Assembly (NCBI GenBank): GCA_052327205.1
Contig: CM126225.1
Coordinates: 21,204,001-21,268,000 of the forward strand
DNA length: 64,000 bases
Origin: Somniosus microcephalus
Lineage: Eukaryota
Direction of reading: 5' to 3'
Part shown: positions 41,959 through 55,745 of the stretch, in pieces
Numbering within the stretch: position 1 is the first letter of the stretch
How the letters are laid out: each line of letters opens with the position of its first letter
Notes under the pieces: generated by a model
The model's input: the letters and a program-made list of their open reading frames with translations, nothing else
Told to the model about the DNA's origin: nothing
Databases searched by the model: none
Program-made: the position numbers and the translations under genes

Positions 41959-42992
41959 CACATAAGTTAGTTTTACGCAAGATAAGGGCTCATGGGGTTG
42001 GGGGGTAATATATTAGCATGGACAGAGGATTGGTTAACGGACAGAAAACAAACAGAGAGTAGGGGTAAACGGATCATTTTTAGGCTGGCAGGCTGTAACT
42101 AGTGGGCTGCCACAAGGATCAGTGCTTGGGCCTCAGCTATTTAGTCTATTTTAAGGGCTTAAATGAAGGGACCAAGTGTAATGTATCCAAGTTTGCTGAC
42201 GATACAAAGCTAGGTGGGAAAGTAAGCTGTGACAAGGACAAAAAGAGCCTGCAGAGGGGTGTAGATCGGTAAAGTGAGTGGGCAATGAGGTGGCAGATGG
42301 GGTATAATGTGAGGAAATGTGAGGTTTGGTAGGATGAATAGAAAAACAGAACATTTTTTATTTTAAAAAGGTGAGAAACTATTAAATGAATGTGTTCCTC
42401 ATACAGGAAACACAGAGTTAGCATGTAGGTACAGCAAGCATTGTACAGGGCTTTGGCGAGACCACACCTGGAGTACTGTGCAGAATTTTGGTCTCCTTAT
42501 TTGAGGACCTTAAGAGGCAGTGCGACAAAGCTTCACTAGATTGATCCCTGGGATGAGAGTGCTGTCCTATGAGGAGAGATTGAGTAGATTGGGCCGATAC
42601 TCTCTGGAGTTTAGAAGAATGAGAGGTGATCTCATTGAAACATACAAGATTCTGAGGGGGATTGACAGGGTAGATGCTGAGAGATTGCTTCCCCTGGCTG
42701 GAGAGTCTAGAACTAGGGGGGCATAGTCTCAGGTTAAGGGGTTGGCCGTTTAGGACAGAGACGAGGAGGAATGTCTCCAGTCAGAGGGATGTGAATGTAT
42801 ACCTCAAAGGGCTGTGGATGGTGAATCATCGAGTATCTTCAAGGCTGAGACAGATAGGTCTTTGGACTCTAGGGGAATCAAGGGATATGGGGATCCGGCA
42901 GGAAAGTGGAGTTGAGGTCGAAGATCAGCCATGATCTTACTGAATGGTGGAGCAGGCTCGAGCAGCCGTGTGGCCTACTCCTGATTCTTATG
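41959..42992 (+). mobile_element. CR1 LINE 3' ~1 kb, continuing the CR1 stub at ~38651-38690
   Basis: PQGSVLGP, KFADDTK, YSLEFRRMRGDLIETYK; left stub tttccaaaaggcattcaataaggtgtc = FQKAFxKV. Confidence 0.88.
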
Positions 42993-43071
42993 TGCCTCTC
43001 AGAAAATAATTTTCAGGATAGTTCCTAAATAAAATGAATTTAATCTTTGTTAATTTTCTCCCTTGAAATGT

Positions 43072-44016
<945 letters not shown>

Positions 44017-44312
44017 CTAGTAAACAAATTCAAATGAGAACACTGGAGGACTGCCTGGGCGTCAGTAAATTTTAGAATTCAAATATGCTGCTACGGACAG
44101 TGTCTAAAAAACATTGTTAAACCCATCAGGAGAGAAACGATTCCCAACTTTTTAACCAACAAAAGTTATCAATTTTAACACAAATAAAATAAAATCGACT
44201 GCAGTGTTGAAAGGCAAATGACAGCATAAACAATAGTGAGTTATTTGATACATTTTAGAAACTGATTTCATAATTTGGCTGGCAACTATATACTGGACTT
44301 CCATGATACGTC

Positions 44313-45695
44313 TTTCCACCATCTACAAGGCACAAGTGAGGAGTGTGATGGAATACTCTCCACTTGCCTGGATGCGTGCAGCTCCAACAACACTCAAGAA
44401 GCTCGACACCATCCAGGACAAAGCAGCCCGCTTGATTGGCACCCCATCCAGCACCTTAAACATTCACTCCCTCCACCACCAGCGTACCGTGGTTGCAGTG
44501 TGTACCATAGAAACATAGAAGATAGGAGCAGGAGTAGGTCATTCGGCCCCTCGAGCCTGCTCCGCCATTTAATGAGATCATGGCTGATCATCCAAATTCA
44601 GTACCCTGTCCCTGCTTTCTCCCCATATCCCTTGATCCCTTTAGCCTTAAGAAATATATCTAACTCCTTCTTGAATATATTTAATAAGTTGGCCTCAACT
44701 GCCTTCTGTGGTAGAGAATTCCACAGGTTCACCGCTCTCTGGGTGAAGAAATTCCTCATTTCAGTCCTAAATGGCTTACCCTTTATCCTTGGACTGCGAC
44801 CCCCTGGTTCTGGACTCCCCCGCCATCGGGAACATCCTTCCTGCATCTAGTCTGTCTAGTCCTGTTAGAATTTTATAAGTTTCAATGAGATTCCCTCTCA
44901 TTCTTCTAAACTCTAGCGAATATAAACCTAATCGACCCAATCTCTCTTCATACGTCATTCCTGCCATCCCAGGTATTAGTCTGGTGAATCTTCGCTGCAC
45001 TCCCTCCATGGCAAGAACATCCTTCCTCAGATAAGGCGACCAAAACTGCAAACAATACTCAAGGTGTGGTCTCACCAAGGCCCTGTACAACTGCAGCAAG
45101 ACATCCTTGCTCCTGTACTCGAATCCTCTTGCTATGAAGGCCAACATACCATTTGCCTTCTTAACCGCCTGCTGCACCTGCATGCTTACCTTCAGCGACT
45201 GGTGCACAAGGACACCCAGGTCTCGCTGCACTTCCTCTTTTCCCAATCTATTGCCGTTCAGGTAATAATCTGTCTTCCTGTTTTTGCCACCAAAGTGGAT
45301 AACCTCGCATTTATCCACATTATACTGTATCTGCCATGCATCATATCATCTACAAGATGCACTGCAGCAACTCGCCAAGGCTTCTTTGGCAGCACCTCCC
45401 AAACCCACGACCTCTTCCACCTAGGACAAGGGCAGCAGGCACATGGGAACATCACCATCTCCAAGTTCCCCTCCAAGTCACACACCATCCTTACTTAGAA
45501 GTATATCGCCAATCCTTCATCGTCGCTGGATCAAAATCCTGGAACTCCCTCCCTAACAACACTGTGGGAGTACCATCACCACACGGGCTGCAGCGGTTCA
45601 AGGCGGCGGCTCACCACCACCTTCTCAAGGACAACTAGGGATGGGCATTAAATGCTGGCATCGCCAGCGACGCCCACATCCCATAAAAACAAGTT
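44313..45695 (+). mobile_element. 3' fragment of the same LINE family as 38691-41958, split by a CR1
   Basis: LSTIYKAQVRSVMEYSPLAW...VCT at 44313-44508 continues as IYKMHCSNSPRLLWQHLPNP after ~45343. Confidence 0.88.
44509..45340 (-). mobile_element. Young CR1 LINE 3' fragment with open RT C-terminal frame
   Basis: DKCEVIHFG...LYRALVRPHLEYC...RGNLIETYK; (TTCTATGT) tail. Confidence 0.92.
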
Positions 45696-46046
45696 TTTTT
45701 TTAATTGCCTGATTTGACGAGCAATTATGTATTTATTTTACTGACTGATGCAGGAAATAAAGTTCTGTTTATTTTACACGAGGCTTAGCGCACCCCCCCC
45801 GGAGTTAGGAACATCCCTCTTGCAAGTTACAAAGGGCATTATCAAGGAGAAAAATAAATTATTGTAATGGGTCAGACTATTGGAAAATTAACATTTCGGA
45901 CCTCAATTATTTCAAGTAAAAAGTTAGTTACTACAAATGCAGATTAGCTATTTTCTTCCTTATTTCTGGATTTTGTAAGTGATGCATTTTAGAGTTGCTT
46001 TTCCCTTACTACTTCTCAGAGGTTTGGTTCTGCCATGGTAAATCAC

Positions 46047-46118
46047 CTGTAGTTCTTCTATTTTTGATAGATAATACTGGCGGAGGCCTGTACCGCCCTT
46101 TCCCTCTTCCAGGTCCAT
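46047..46118 (-). CDS. PSMC5: PSMC5 exon 2
   Basis: tttgatttcag| [24 protein letters not shown] |gtgatt; 72 nt. Exons 2-12 sum to 1197 nt (398 aa plus stop). Confidence 0.95.
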
Positions 46119-47369
46119 CTGAAATCAAAGCACACATAAAATTAGCAAAAGTTGCTGAGACGACAAGGATGCAACACAAAGGAAGGTTCTGCAAGTTACC
46201 AATTGCGGTGCTGATGCTCTGAACAGCTTTCTGACAGTGTGGCGAGAGATCAAAGCACCTATCTGTATGTTAAAAATTAAGAGAAACTACATGTTTGGCA
46301 TTTGCAAATAAAACTGAAAAAGGAATCTTACAGGACAATACTTGCATTTACTTAGCACTTTGTCAAAACATCTCAAAAATTATTTTGCACAACAAGTTAC
46401 TTTTGAAGAGTAGGGACTTAGATGGACAAAAACAGCAGTTTGATACCAGGATCAGTAATGAGTGGTACAGACCATCAACAAGGCAAGAAACTTCTAGTGA
46501 CTGTGCTTCAAAAGCTAATCCACGGATTGTAAAACATTTGGGACTTTCTACAGATGTAGAAAGATGCTGTATACGTGCAAGTTTGTTCTTTTTATGAATT
46601 TTACAAACTTTTATCTAGTATTCACAAAGAGAGCTAAAATTCAGTTCTGCATGCATACAGGCAGCAAATTCTGACCACTAGCGACTCCTTGAAGGGAAAA
46701 CCGAAAGGCAAACGGGCTTCTTTGACTTCTGTCTTGTATTTCTGTTTCTATTTGTCTCCCTAATTGTTAAGCGTCTAAGTCCAGATTTGAAATTTGGAGT
46801 AAATCAGATTCCGAGCTGTTCTGAGTGGGAAAGATCAGGGTTCAACACTTGGTATTACTAGCAATATTTTATACAGAGGCAAGTGTGCACACACAGTGCC
46901 TCCAACCAGAAACAGAACCTTAAAATTACTGTCTACTGTCAATTGCAATATACATATAGTTAAGGGATCCCAGAGGACCGAACATTTAAAATCACTACAG
47001 CACTCGCTTCCTGCCTTCAAATTCAATCTCGTGTTGTAATTGTAAGGGCCGCGAATTGCAAATGCCGCCAAGTTTCTACCGCCCTCAATTTTCCGAGCTC
47101 ATATCAAAACAGCGTAACTAAAGGGGATTCGAGCTAAAGTTGAAAAATTATTCAGTCACTCACCCCAATCCAGCATTTGGAAATGCACCTTCTGGGAATG
47201 AGGAGCTAGGCAAAAATTACATATTTTAAAAATATAAACTAATTCAGGTTAACAGTGTAAGTAACCCAATTTTAAAAGAAAGAAGCCTCCCTGTTCAACT
47301 GCAGCAAGAGGCTGCATTTACAAATGCTGTGGAATCAAAGAAACAAGATATTTTAGCACTCAAACTTAC

Positions 47370-47455
47370 CCGCATGGTGCTGGAGATTGATATTTTATAT
47401 TTAGGAAAACAATTTTCTGGGCAATTGCAGATTCTTCAAGTCACTGAGACAATGC
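47370..47455 (-). other. PSMC5: Candidate PSMC5 upstream exon (5'UTR plus ATG CGG)
   Basis: ccttttccttataatctgcag| acceptor, CGG|gtaagt donor, GCACC-ATG context, in-frame upstream TGA, phase 0 compatible with exon 2. Confidence 0.5.
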
Positions 47456-48325
47456 CTGCAGATTATAAGGAAAAGGTTACTGAATTTCACAGTTACAATC
47501 ACATTACTAGAGAAAGACGACCAGAATGTGAATAAGACAGCTTTATAATTGAATAGACTGGACACAACTGTGTGATGGGAAGAATCCAGCTCAGTCGGCA
47601 GCACTGTATGCCTCTGTGGAGCACTTTTGAGACATTTTTCTGCATTAAAGATGCTGTATAAAGCTGTTGTGATGACTACTAGACACACAAAAAAGACACT
47701 CCTGCCTTTGAGCTTAAATGCGCATATCCCAAAATCCATGGTCAGTTTTAAATTGCATAACAGAATCTCACATAGATTCTGTACAAATGTTGGTTATCTG
47801 CAAAATGGAGAATGCAGGAGGTAACAAGACTAAGTGGTTTTGTAAGTCGTGGGAGGAAAGGGGATTTTTCCTCCTCCACCCATCCACCCACCACACAGTA
47901 CATCATGACAGATACTGTATCATCGAATTAAATATCAGTGTCAAGATGCCTTAAATCAACATCAACTCTGATGCAAATGCTTGTTCCGTCAGCAGTTATC
48001 AATTGATCAAAGTCTAAAGTAAAACTTAACATTTTCAAATTCAACGACTTTCTGAAACCCTGTTCAGGTCACCGAGGGATGCCTTTAAAAACCGTAGTTG
48101 TATCCTGCGGCCTGCCAGCTTAGAACATGGAATGCAGATGTAGGCAACAAAATATCCAATGACAGAGTTATCAATACTGATAATCCCGCTCCCTGCCGAT
48201 AACTGTATTACTTTATATTTGATAAACGTATTCGATATATGTACAGTATCAGATCTCTTAAGCCAGCCAACGTGCAATTAAGAGGGAGGCCAGTAGCTAT
48301 CCAGAATCACCCAGGTATTGATTGA

Positions 48326-48720
48326 AGTAACAACAGAAAATGCTGGAAAAACTCAGCAGGCCAGGCAACATCCGTGGAGAGAAAATGGAGTCAACGTTTC
48401 GGGTCAAACCCTTTGTCAAGACTGGAAAGGCACAGGAAATGAAATAGATTGAAAGGCCAGGCTGGGAGAGAACAAAAGAGAAGTGAAGAGACATTAAGAG
48501 GCATTCAAAACAAGCAAACACGAGAAGGGAAACTGAAAGTAATGAAGATGAACAAGGTTGAAGAGCCAAACGGAGATCCCGTCGAAGAGAAGAGCAGAAC
48601 TTCTTCAAGGTAGGCATCCCTACAAGAGGCGTGGCAGTGAACCAAACACTAGTACGATAGCAAAATACTGCAGATGCTGGAAATCCGAAATAACAGAAAA
48701 TGCTGGAAAAACTCAGGATT
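48326..48720 (-). mobile_element. Penelope-like derivative: two same-orientation pseudo-LTR pieces flanking a short ATG-initiated stretch (possible ORF N-terminus)
   Basis: Tail matches 7620-7730; MPTLKKFCSSLRRDLRL starts at 48617 just after the upstream pseudo-LTR piece. Confidence 0.6.
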
Positions 48721-48769
48721 TAAGTAGTTCAATACTATATCAGCCAGAATTTAATTTTGTTCCCAAGTA

Positions 48770-49175
48770 AAACAGCTCTTCCAATGGCTCAGTGAACAAT
48801 CACACCACGTGGTATATAACTAAGTTCAAGACACCAGAAGGTCCCAGATTCGATTTCTGGGCTGCTGAGTTGGGCAATCTCAGTTACAGTGCAATTCGCC
48901 TCGACACATTTGAGCTAGGGAGGGGGCAAACAGAGAGAGGCCAGCTTACCACGCCCGATTATCAAATGTCTCTCGCTGCAAAGTGCACGTGTGTCAACAT
49001 TGGGCGACAAGATCGGGCTTGGTTGTGATGGTCCATGGTTAAACTGCCAACACTCACTGTTCATGCTCACTTATGAAAACTGGCCACTGGTGCAAGGTAC
49101 AGGAGGGTTGCTGGCACCCACGGAATGATATTCGCCAGGAAACGGGGAGAGGAAATTGGCAAAAACTAAAACCAC
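48770..49175 (+). mobile_element. LF-SINE-like element, near full length
   Basis: tggctcagtg A-box-like head, gattcgattt B-box-like, body homologous to the copies at 25636 and 26355. Confidence 0.6.
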
Positions 49176-50969
49176 ACGCACACACTATTGTGTGCCGCTC
49201 ATTACCATTTATCAACCACATATTATTACATTGCTGCAAGAAACACTGCAGCTGATTATCAGCCCAATAGATTGCGATAGGGGTCATCAGGCACATTTCC
49301 AGCTGACTTATTGGTTGACTGGGTTACCTGTCCCAATAAACAAAGCTGTTTCAGACGTTCCGGCTTGGACATTGCAAAATTGAGGGCACCCACAAGGTAC
49401 ACAGACTGTGCCCCAGTTCCGGAGACTGCCATCACTGGATAAGCAGAGGGTGAAACCTTTGTATGCTGCTATTGTAAAATGCTGAATGTTTTGGACAAAT
49501 GCCTGGACAATATGACAGCAGAGATATAGTCATGAACACTGGGTGTCATTTGAACTACCTCTCTGTGTTAGCGCCGCTCTCCCACACTCAAAACTCCTAC
49601 AAACCTGCAACGGAAATCAGCATGCATTAACAAAATGATTCAGAAAAAGTCCATTTAATTTAATTAAAAAATCAGCTTCAAATTTCAGTAGAAATGTTAA
49701 GTTTCCTTTCAACATTTCTACCACTTTGCAAAAAAAAGAGCTTCAAACAAACGCTCTTTGATCTCAAAGAATTTCACTGAATATTGACCAACTGCAGGAA
49801 AGCAGCCTAGTACAGCATTGGGTGGGTTTACTGACCAGTGACTCCCTCAACGATAAGTTATTATAGTATGATTTTACATACAACTCCTGCATTTTCCGCT
49901 CAAGACAAGTAAAACAGGTCAGCTGCTAGCAAATCAAAAGTAGTTTACAATGAACTCAGTTTAATTCACTCTGGAAATGCGAAGGTTTTTTGGCATTGGA
50001 GTGAACCAAGCTGTACTCATTGTGGGGCAAGGGAAGCCACAGCTGTTATCTACACCAGGTTCTGCAGAGTACTGACCTCTACTGGAAGCTAATATTACTG
50101 ACCAAATTCCCCTCTGTGTTTTCCAGATGAAGCAGAACATGGAGGGAAGTTACTCAATTCTCTCTCTCCACACCCCCACCCGGACGAGTTTTTAAGCTGA
50201 CAAACTCTGGAGAGTAACAATTTCCACCGCTTACATCTTCTTTATTTTACAGCAGCAATACTAGGATGTAAACTGGGCAACACTGTTCTCACTAGAGGAA
50301 CGGAGAACTTGACTTCAAAGGCAGCAGTTCCACCAACAGCACATGTGAATTGTCACCACTGGTTCGTACAGGCCTGCCTCAGTCATGGGGTGGGGTGGGG
50401 GAAGGGGAAAGTCTGTCAACCCGAAAGGATAGATTGCCGACTTGATAGTGTCTTCATTCTTTGAGTGAGATGGATCACCTACACACCATAGGCGCACACC
50501 ATAGGAGTGTAGCCTAGCTTGATGGGTTCTGAGGAAACCGCAATCTGAACATGTACATGTAAAGATTGCTGTAATATCACAAGTAGGCAGCACTGCACAG
50601 AATTAACGACTCGTGTTGTATAAAGCTCCAGGATCTATGCCATTGCACCACCTTGCTTTGGCCAGAAGCTAAACGGAAAGTAACCAGCTACTTAATACTA
50701 ATTCCACCACCCCATTATATCTTTCGCCCTCCAGATGGGTATGTATCGAAGAGCGAGGAACCTGCCAGGCAGGTGCACTTTCTTCTTCTTTCCACATCCT
50801 CCATATCAACACAATACAACGTTAGGAGAAGACAGGGAGGCCCTCAGTTGTAACCGTAACAACTGGTTTTAAAACTGACCTGCCAAAACACATTGTATGC
50901 CGCAGTTAAATCCAGATAGTAATAGTTTGTAGAACTGATCTACTTGGCAGCCTATCGTACCTTCTATAA

Positions 50970-51235
50970 AGAACCAGAAGCGACATGAGGAAAAACTTTT
51001 TTATACAACAAGTGGTTAGGATTTGGAATGCACTGCCTGATAGGGCAGTGGATACAGATTCAATAGTAGCCTTCAAAAAGGGAATTGGATAAATACTTGA
51101 AGGAGAAAAAACTGCAGGGATATGGGGAAAGAGCGGGGGAGTGGGACTAACTCGTTGCTCCTTGAAAGAGCCGGCGCAGACTCGATGGGCCGAATGGCCT
51201 CCTTCTGTGCTGTACTATTCTATGATTCTATAATC
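50970..51235 (+). mobile_element. CR1 3' end
   Basis: tggaatgcactgcctga...gggccgaatggcctccttctgtgctgta, (TTCTATGA)n tail. Confidence 0.85.
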
Positions 51236-51817
51236 ATATGCTGTCAATTGGAACCTGATTAATCCATGTCCAGAATGCAGCAATGGGACATGTGAAAGGA
51301 CCTTTACCCTGCATATTGAGCTTCTTCCTTACAGCTTGGTAGCAAGTTAAATGCACTGAAGCACCACTTTACTATCTAGAGCTTAGTCACTGGTTCGTCT
51401 TGGGTCTTTGCATCACAGGAAACTAATAAGCCTTCTTAAACTACTCTATAAAAAAAAACACAATAAAACTTAGGGCTCTGCAAACATCTATGTAGTGCAA
51501 AAAAAATTTCATTTCTAATAAAAAATAATGGGACTATTTCCAAACCCAAATGAAAAAGCGAATTGATATTAGTTCTATTAGTGAATAGCCTGTAAGAATT
51601 AATCAATGAATCTACCACCGGGAATGGGAGATTCTGATCGAACAGCCATCATGTTTCAATAACTTGGGAATCAACTGGAATACATTTAGATTTGGATGCA
51701 ATAATTGATCCCGCAACTCCGGAAGGATGTCTCTCTCATCAAGCAGTGGAAACCCGCCTCTGTTCACGACCAAAATGTCTGAAATGATAATTGTTCTGGA
51801 AAACTAAGGGTTACCAG

Positions 51818-51984
51818 CAATGTTTCCTTTAAAAATTTTTGGGGGGGCCACGTGGCCCCTTTAATGGGCTGCATGGCCCATTCAAAATTCTGCGCATGCG
51901 CAGTTTTTCTATTTAAAAGCCGGTGCACCAGCTGCGCGGGAGCTCGAGAGTGCTGTGCGACCATGCAACTCGAAGGGAACATTG
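51818..51984. mobile_element. hAT-type MITE, 167 bp, 8-bp TSD
   Basis: TIR CAATGTTTCCTT / AAGGGAACATTG; TSD GTTACCAG / GTTGCCAG. Confidence 0.8.
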
Positions 51985-52719
51985 GTTGCCAGTATAACTT
52001 TCAACTTGGAAAATGTCCTTAACTGCTTCAAGGTAGACTTTCCACTTGGACCATGAGATGACCAAGAGCACCTACTGCTATATTGTGCCCAGTTAAATGC
52101 TGAGCCAAGAGCAAGCTCATGGCCTGGACACCAGCATTCTAGTACGGTTGCATATGAACAAAAGGAGCAGGCACTAGTTGATATAGTAGACCACCAGAAT
52201 ATTGCCTGACACTACACGTACAGGATTACCTTGTACTGTGGACTGAAAATGATCCAGAACTAGTCTCACTGCCCTTAACTCAACTCGTACTAAGAGGACC
52301 ACTTATCGTTCACCATCTCTGAACCTTGCTCTTTTCCAGATGAGTGACCCATCGGGTCTGATACCACTGCCAACTGTGGAGAAGGTGATGATGGGGAGGG
52401 ACTGCCCAGAGCACACAATCATCCTGTGACCACCATGTGAAGTCCAGTCACTGGTTGGCAAACAGACAGGAATGGGATTCTGAGAAGCTAATTGCCCAGG
52501 TCTGGATATACCTTGCATTCTGAAGTATAAATTGACTACGGGCAAACACTTTGTAAAAAGCCCGCATGTTTCTGAAGAGCAGTATCTCTGCCCCTAGTAA
52601 ATGAACCTGAAAACAAGCAGTGGCATTTAATATACAAAAGTGTGGCCATTTTAGGTTTACGGCAGTTTAAGTCCTCTTGGCACAGTGACTGGATAATCTA
52701 CAGTGTGACTATTTTGAAT

Positions 52720-53600
52720 GTCAGCCAGTGGCTCAGTGGGTAGCACTCTCACCTCAATCAAAAGGTTGTGGGTTCAAGTCCCACTCCATAGACTTGAGCA
52801 CAAAAATCTAGGCTGATGGGACGGTCCCTCAGAAGCAAGGATGACTTGCTTCCACATTAAAAATGAGTTCGCAGGTGACTGATGAGTCCAATGCGGGACC
52901 TACAGTCTCGGTCACAGGTGGGGCAGACGGTGGTTGAAAGGGCGGGTGGGTGGGGTGCTTGGGTTGACGTGCGCTCCTTGCACTTGGCTTCCGCTTGCTC
53001 CCGGCGAAGAGACTCGAGGTGTTCGGCGCCTTCCCGGATGCTTCTCCTCCACTTTGTGCGGTCTTGGGCCAGGGATTCCCAGGTGTCGGTGGGAATGTTG
53101 CACTTTTTCAAGGCTTTGAGGGTGTCCTTGAAGCGTTTCCTCTGCCCACCTGGGGCTCTCTTGCCGTGCCGCATCTCCTTAACCGCGACTCTGTCTTCGA
53201 CGCGAGCGTCCTCAACTCCATCCCGCAGCATGCTGACACTCCAGTGCAGTGCTGAGCGGGTGCTACACTGTCGGGGGTGCCGTCTTTCGGATGAGACGTT
53301 AAACTGGGGCCCCGTCTGCCCTCCGAGGTGGATGTGAAAGATCCCATGGCACTATTTCGAAGAGGAGCAGGGGAGTTATCCCCGGTGTCCTGGGCCGATA
53401 TTTATCCCTCAATCAGCATCACTAAAAAGATTATCTGGTCGTTAACACATTGCTGTTTGTGGGAGCTTGCTGTGAGCAAATTGGCTGCTGCATTTCCCAC
53501 ATTACAACAGTGACTGCACTTCAAAAAAGTACTTCATTGGCTGTAAAGCGCTTTGGGGACGTCCTGAGATCGTGAAAGGCGCTATATAAATGCAAGTGTT
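52720..53600 (+). mobile_element. Deu-domain tRNA SINE (SacSINE1-like), interrupted by an RTE insertion
   Basis: A box tggctcagtgg, B box ggttcaagtcc, Deu-like ttgctgtttgtgggagcttgctgtg..aaattggctgc, tail gtaaagcgctttggg..ggcgctatataaatgcaag (also at 1950-2034). Confidence 0.8.
52817..53231 (-). mobile_element. RTE 3' fragment with 5' inversion
   Basis: Minus-strand RTE 3' end to ~53172, then an inverted ~60-bp RTE segment; GCTGA direct repeat at 52812-52816 and 53232-53236. Confidence 0.85.
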
Positions 53601-53699
53601 TTTGTTGCATTGTCAGTTTATGAACCAGAGGTCAGTAGTTTGATGATTACAAAAATACCAGGGATAGAAACCTGGTCTGTGCTGGTCAGGAGCCCCACC

Positions 53700-54100
53700 G
53701 CCGCTGATGTTAGCCTGGCTGGGCAGGCCGGCAATGCCAGGGCCCCACAGGTGCCTCAGAGCGCAGGAAAGGCCGGTGGGTGTAGGAGGTGAGCAGAGCG
53801 GCCCCAGAGTGGGCTCAGGGCTCCTCCCCCAAACCTCCGCCCGCCCCCGCGGCCCAGGGCCTTACTTCAGGAGCCGGAAAACCCTCCCTGGGCGGGCCTC
53901 AGGCCTCGGGCTGGGAGTGCAAGTCATGGCCGGGGCAAAACGCGGCCGACTCCCATCACCCCGATCCCAGGCCTCAGGCCCCGCACCTCGACCGCCTTTA
54001 TTCGCCCACCTCCCCGGCCTGACCACTCCTCCTCCCCGGTACAGCCTCAGACCTTCCCCAGCCTAAACTCACCCACACCCAGCCTCGAGCCCGGCTCTAC
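53700..54100 (-). promoter_or_regulatory. PSMC5: GC/CpG-rich candidate PSMC5 5' region with a non-coding first-exon donor (GG|gtgagt, GT at 54072-54071)
   Basis: The only GC/CpG-rich stretch upstream of exon 2 that I could not assign to a repeat; GC-box-like gggcgggcgg; consensus 5' splice site on the minus strand. Confidence 0.5.
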
Positions 54101-54494
54101 GTCTTAAAGCAAGACTGTCCCCAACCGTGCGTCTTAAAGCGAGACTGTCCCCAACGTGCGTCTTAAAGCGAGACTGGCCCCACCGTGCGTCTTAAAGCGA
54201 TATTGTCCCCACCGTGCGTCTTAAAGCGAGACTGTCCCCACCCGTGCGTCTTAAAGCGAGACTGTCCCGACCATGCGTCTTAAAGTGAGACCGTCCCCAC
54301 CGTGCGTCTTCAAGCAAGACTGTCCCCACCATGCGTCTTCAAGCGACACTGTCCCCACCGTGCATCTTCAAGCGACACTGTCCCCACCGTGCGTCTTCAA
54401 GCGACACTGTCGCCACCGTGCGTCTTCAAGCGACACTGTCCCCACCGTGCGTCTGCAAGCGACACTGTCCCCACCGTGCGTCTGCAAGCGAGAC
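54100..54494. repeat. 29-bp minisatellite, ~13.5 copies (GTGCGTCTT[A/C]AAGCGA[G/C]ACTGTCCCCACC)
   Basis: Directly visible head-to-tail repeat without spacers. Confidence 0.95.
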
Positions 54495-55068
54495 CTACCA
54501 CTGCACTCTTTAAAGTTCCCATTTCACTTTTATTAAAATTATTGGTTCATCAGCTTTTGGAACACACTCCCACAAAGAGCTGTTGAGACTGAGGGTCAAT
54601 TGAAATTTGTTAGACAAGGGTATTAAGGGTTACAGAACCACCGTGGGTAGATACAGCTATGAATGGCAGAACAGCTGGAGGGGCTGAATGACCTGCTCTT
54701 GTTTCTATCATTACATTGAAATGTATACATAGAAGTCACAGCCTTTGCACTGGCTTCATAATAACAAATTACCACCGCATAATAATAAAGATGAATTCTG
54801 CTTAAAACGCTAAAATATCTCTCTCTTCTAAATACTGATCGGTCTGTTACATAATTCCAGCACCAGCACTCTGACTTTAATTGACAATCTGTATCATCTG
54901 CCGTATAGTTTAATCTTGAGCTTGTGCATAAATATGAAAGAGGCCCTCCATTTAGCTGTAAAAATGCTCTAAAACTATAATTATTCACCAATTGTATAAA
55001 ATGTCTACTTGCAAATGTGGTATGTTTGAACAACGGCCGGCCAATGTGATATGGTCAGAATATTGTAA

Positions 55069-55270
55069 GATGCTGGAAATCTGATCCAAAAACAGAAAAT
55101 GATGGACACACTCAGCAGGTCAGAGAGCATTCATCCAGAAAACACAAATCAGTTAGTTTTTGAGGTATAAACCCTTTTTCGGAATGGAGGAAGGGTTTAT
55201 ACCTGAAGCATCAAGTGATTCGTGTTTTCCTGACAGATGTTGCCTGACCTGCTGAGCATCGCCAGCATTG
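55069..55270. repeat. Palindromic head-to-head Penelope pseudo-LTR fragments
   Basis: aggtataaaccctttttc...gaggaagggtttatacct centre with mirrored ctcagcaggtcag / ctgacctgctgag arms. Confidence 0.7.
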
Positions 55271-55721
55271 CCTGTCAATGTGATATGGTGTCGGGTACCC
55301 CCAAGCAGTTTTATGGATTTACCTAGCTTGGGAGTATTTAAAAGGTAGTTCTTGGAAGATACAAGGGGCAACCGCCCCCGATGTTGATACAGGGCAATAT
55401 AATGGAAGTGTTTACATTTATGAAAGGGAAGATAGAAGCAGACCGTTTCCAGTGGTTGAAGGTTCTAGAATGAGGGGCCATAGATACTAAATTTGTATCA
55501 AAATTTGTAAGAGAGAGTGAGAGAGACATAGTTACACAGAAAGTTGCAAGGTTGTGGAATTCACTTCCAGGATTAGTGGTCAAGACAGAAACCATGCCAA
55601 CATTCAAGATTAGATTGGATAAGTGGATGTAAGAAAAGTGGATGAAAGGGGTAAATGTTATTAGGACTATTTTCTCAGACTAGTTGGGCAAATGGGGACC
55701 ATTTCTGTGTTGAAACTAACT

Positions 55722-55745
55722 ACACACACACACACACACACACAA
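55722..55745. repeat. (CA)n microsatellite
   Basis: Directly visible. Confidence 0.9.

Noticed and set aside
54100-54494. CRISPR-like array (29-bp units with a weak dyad)
   Set aside because: Units are contiguous with no unique spacers, there are no cas genes, and the context is vertebrate; it is a minisatellite.
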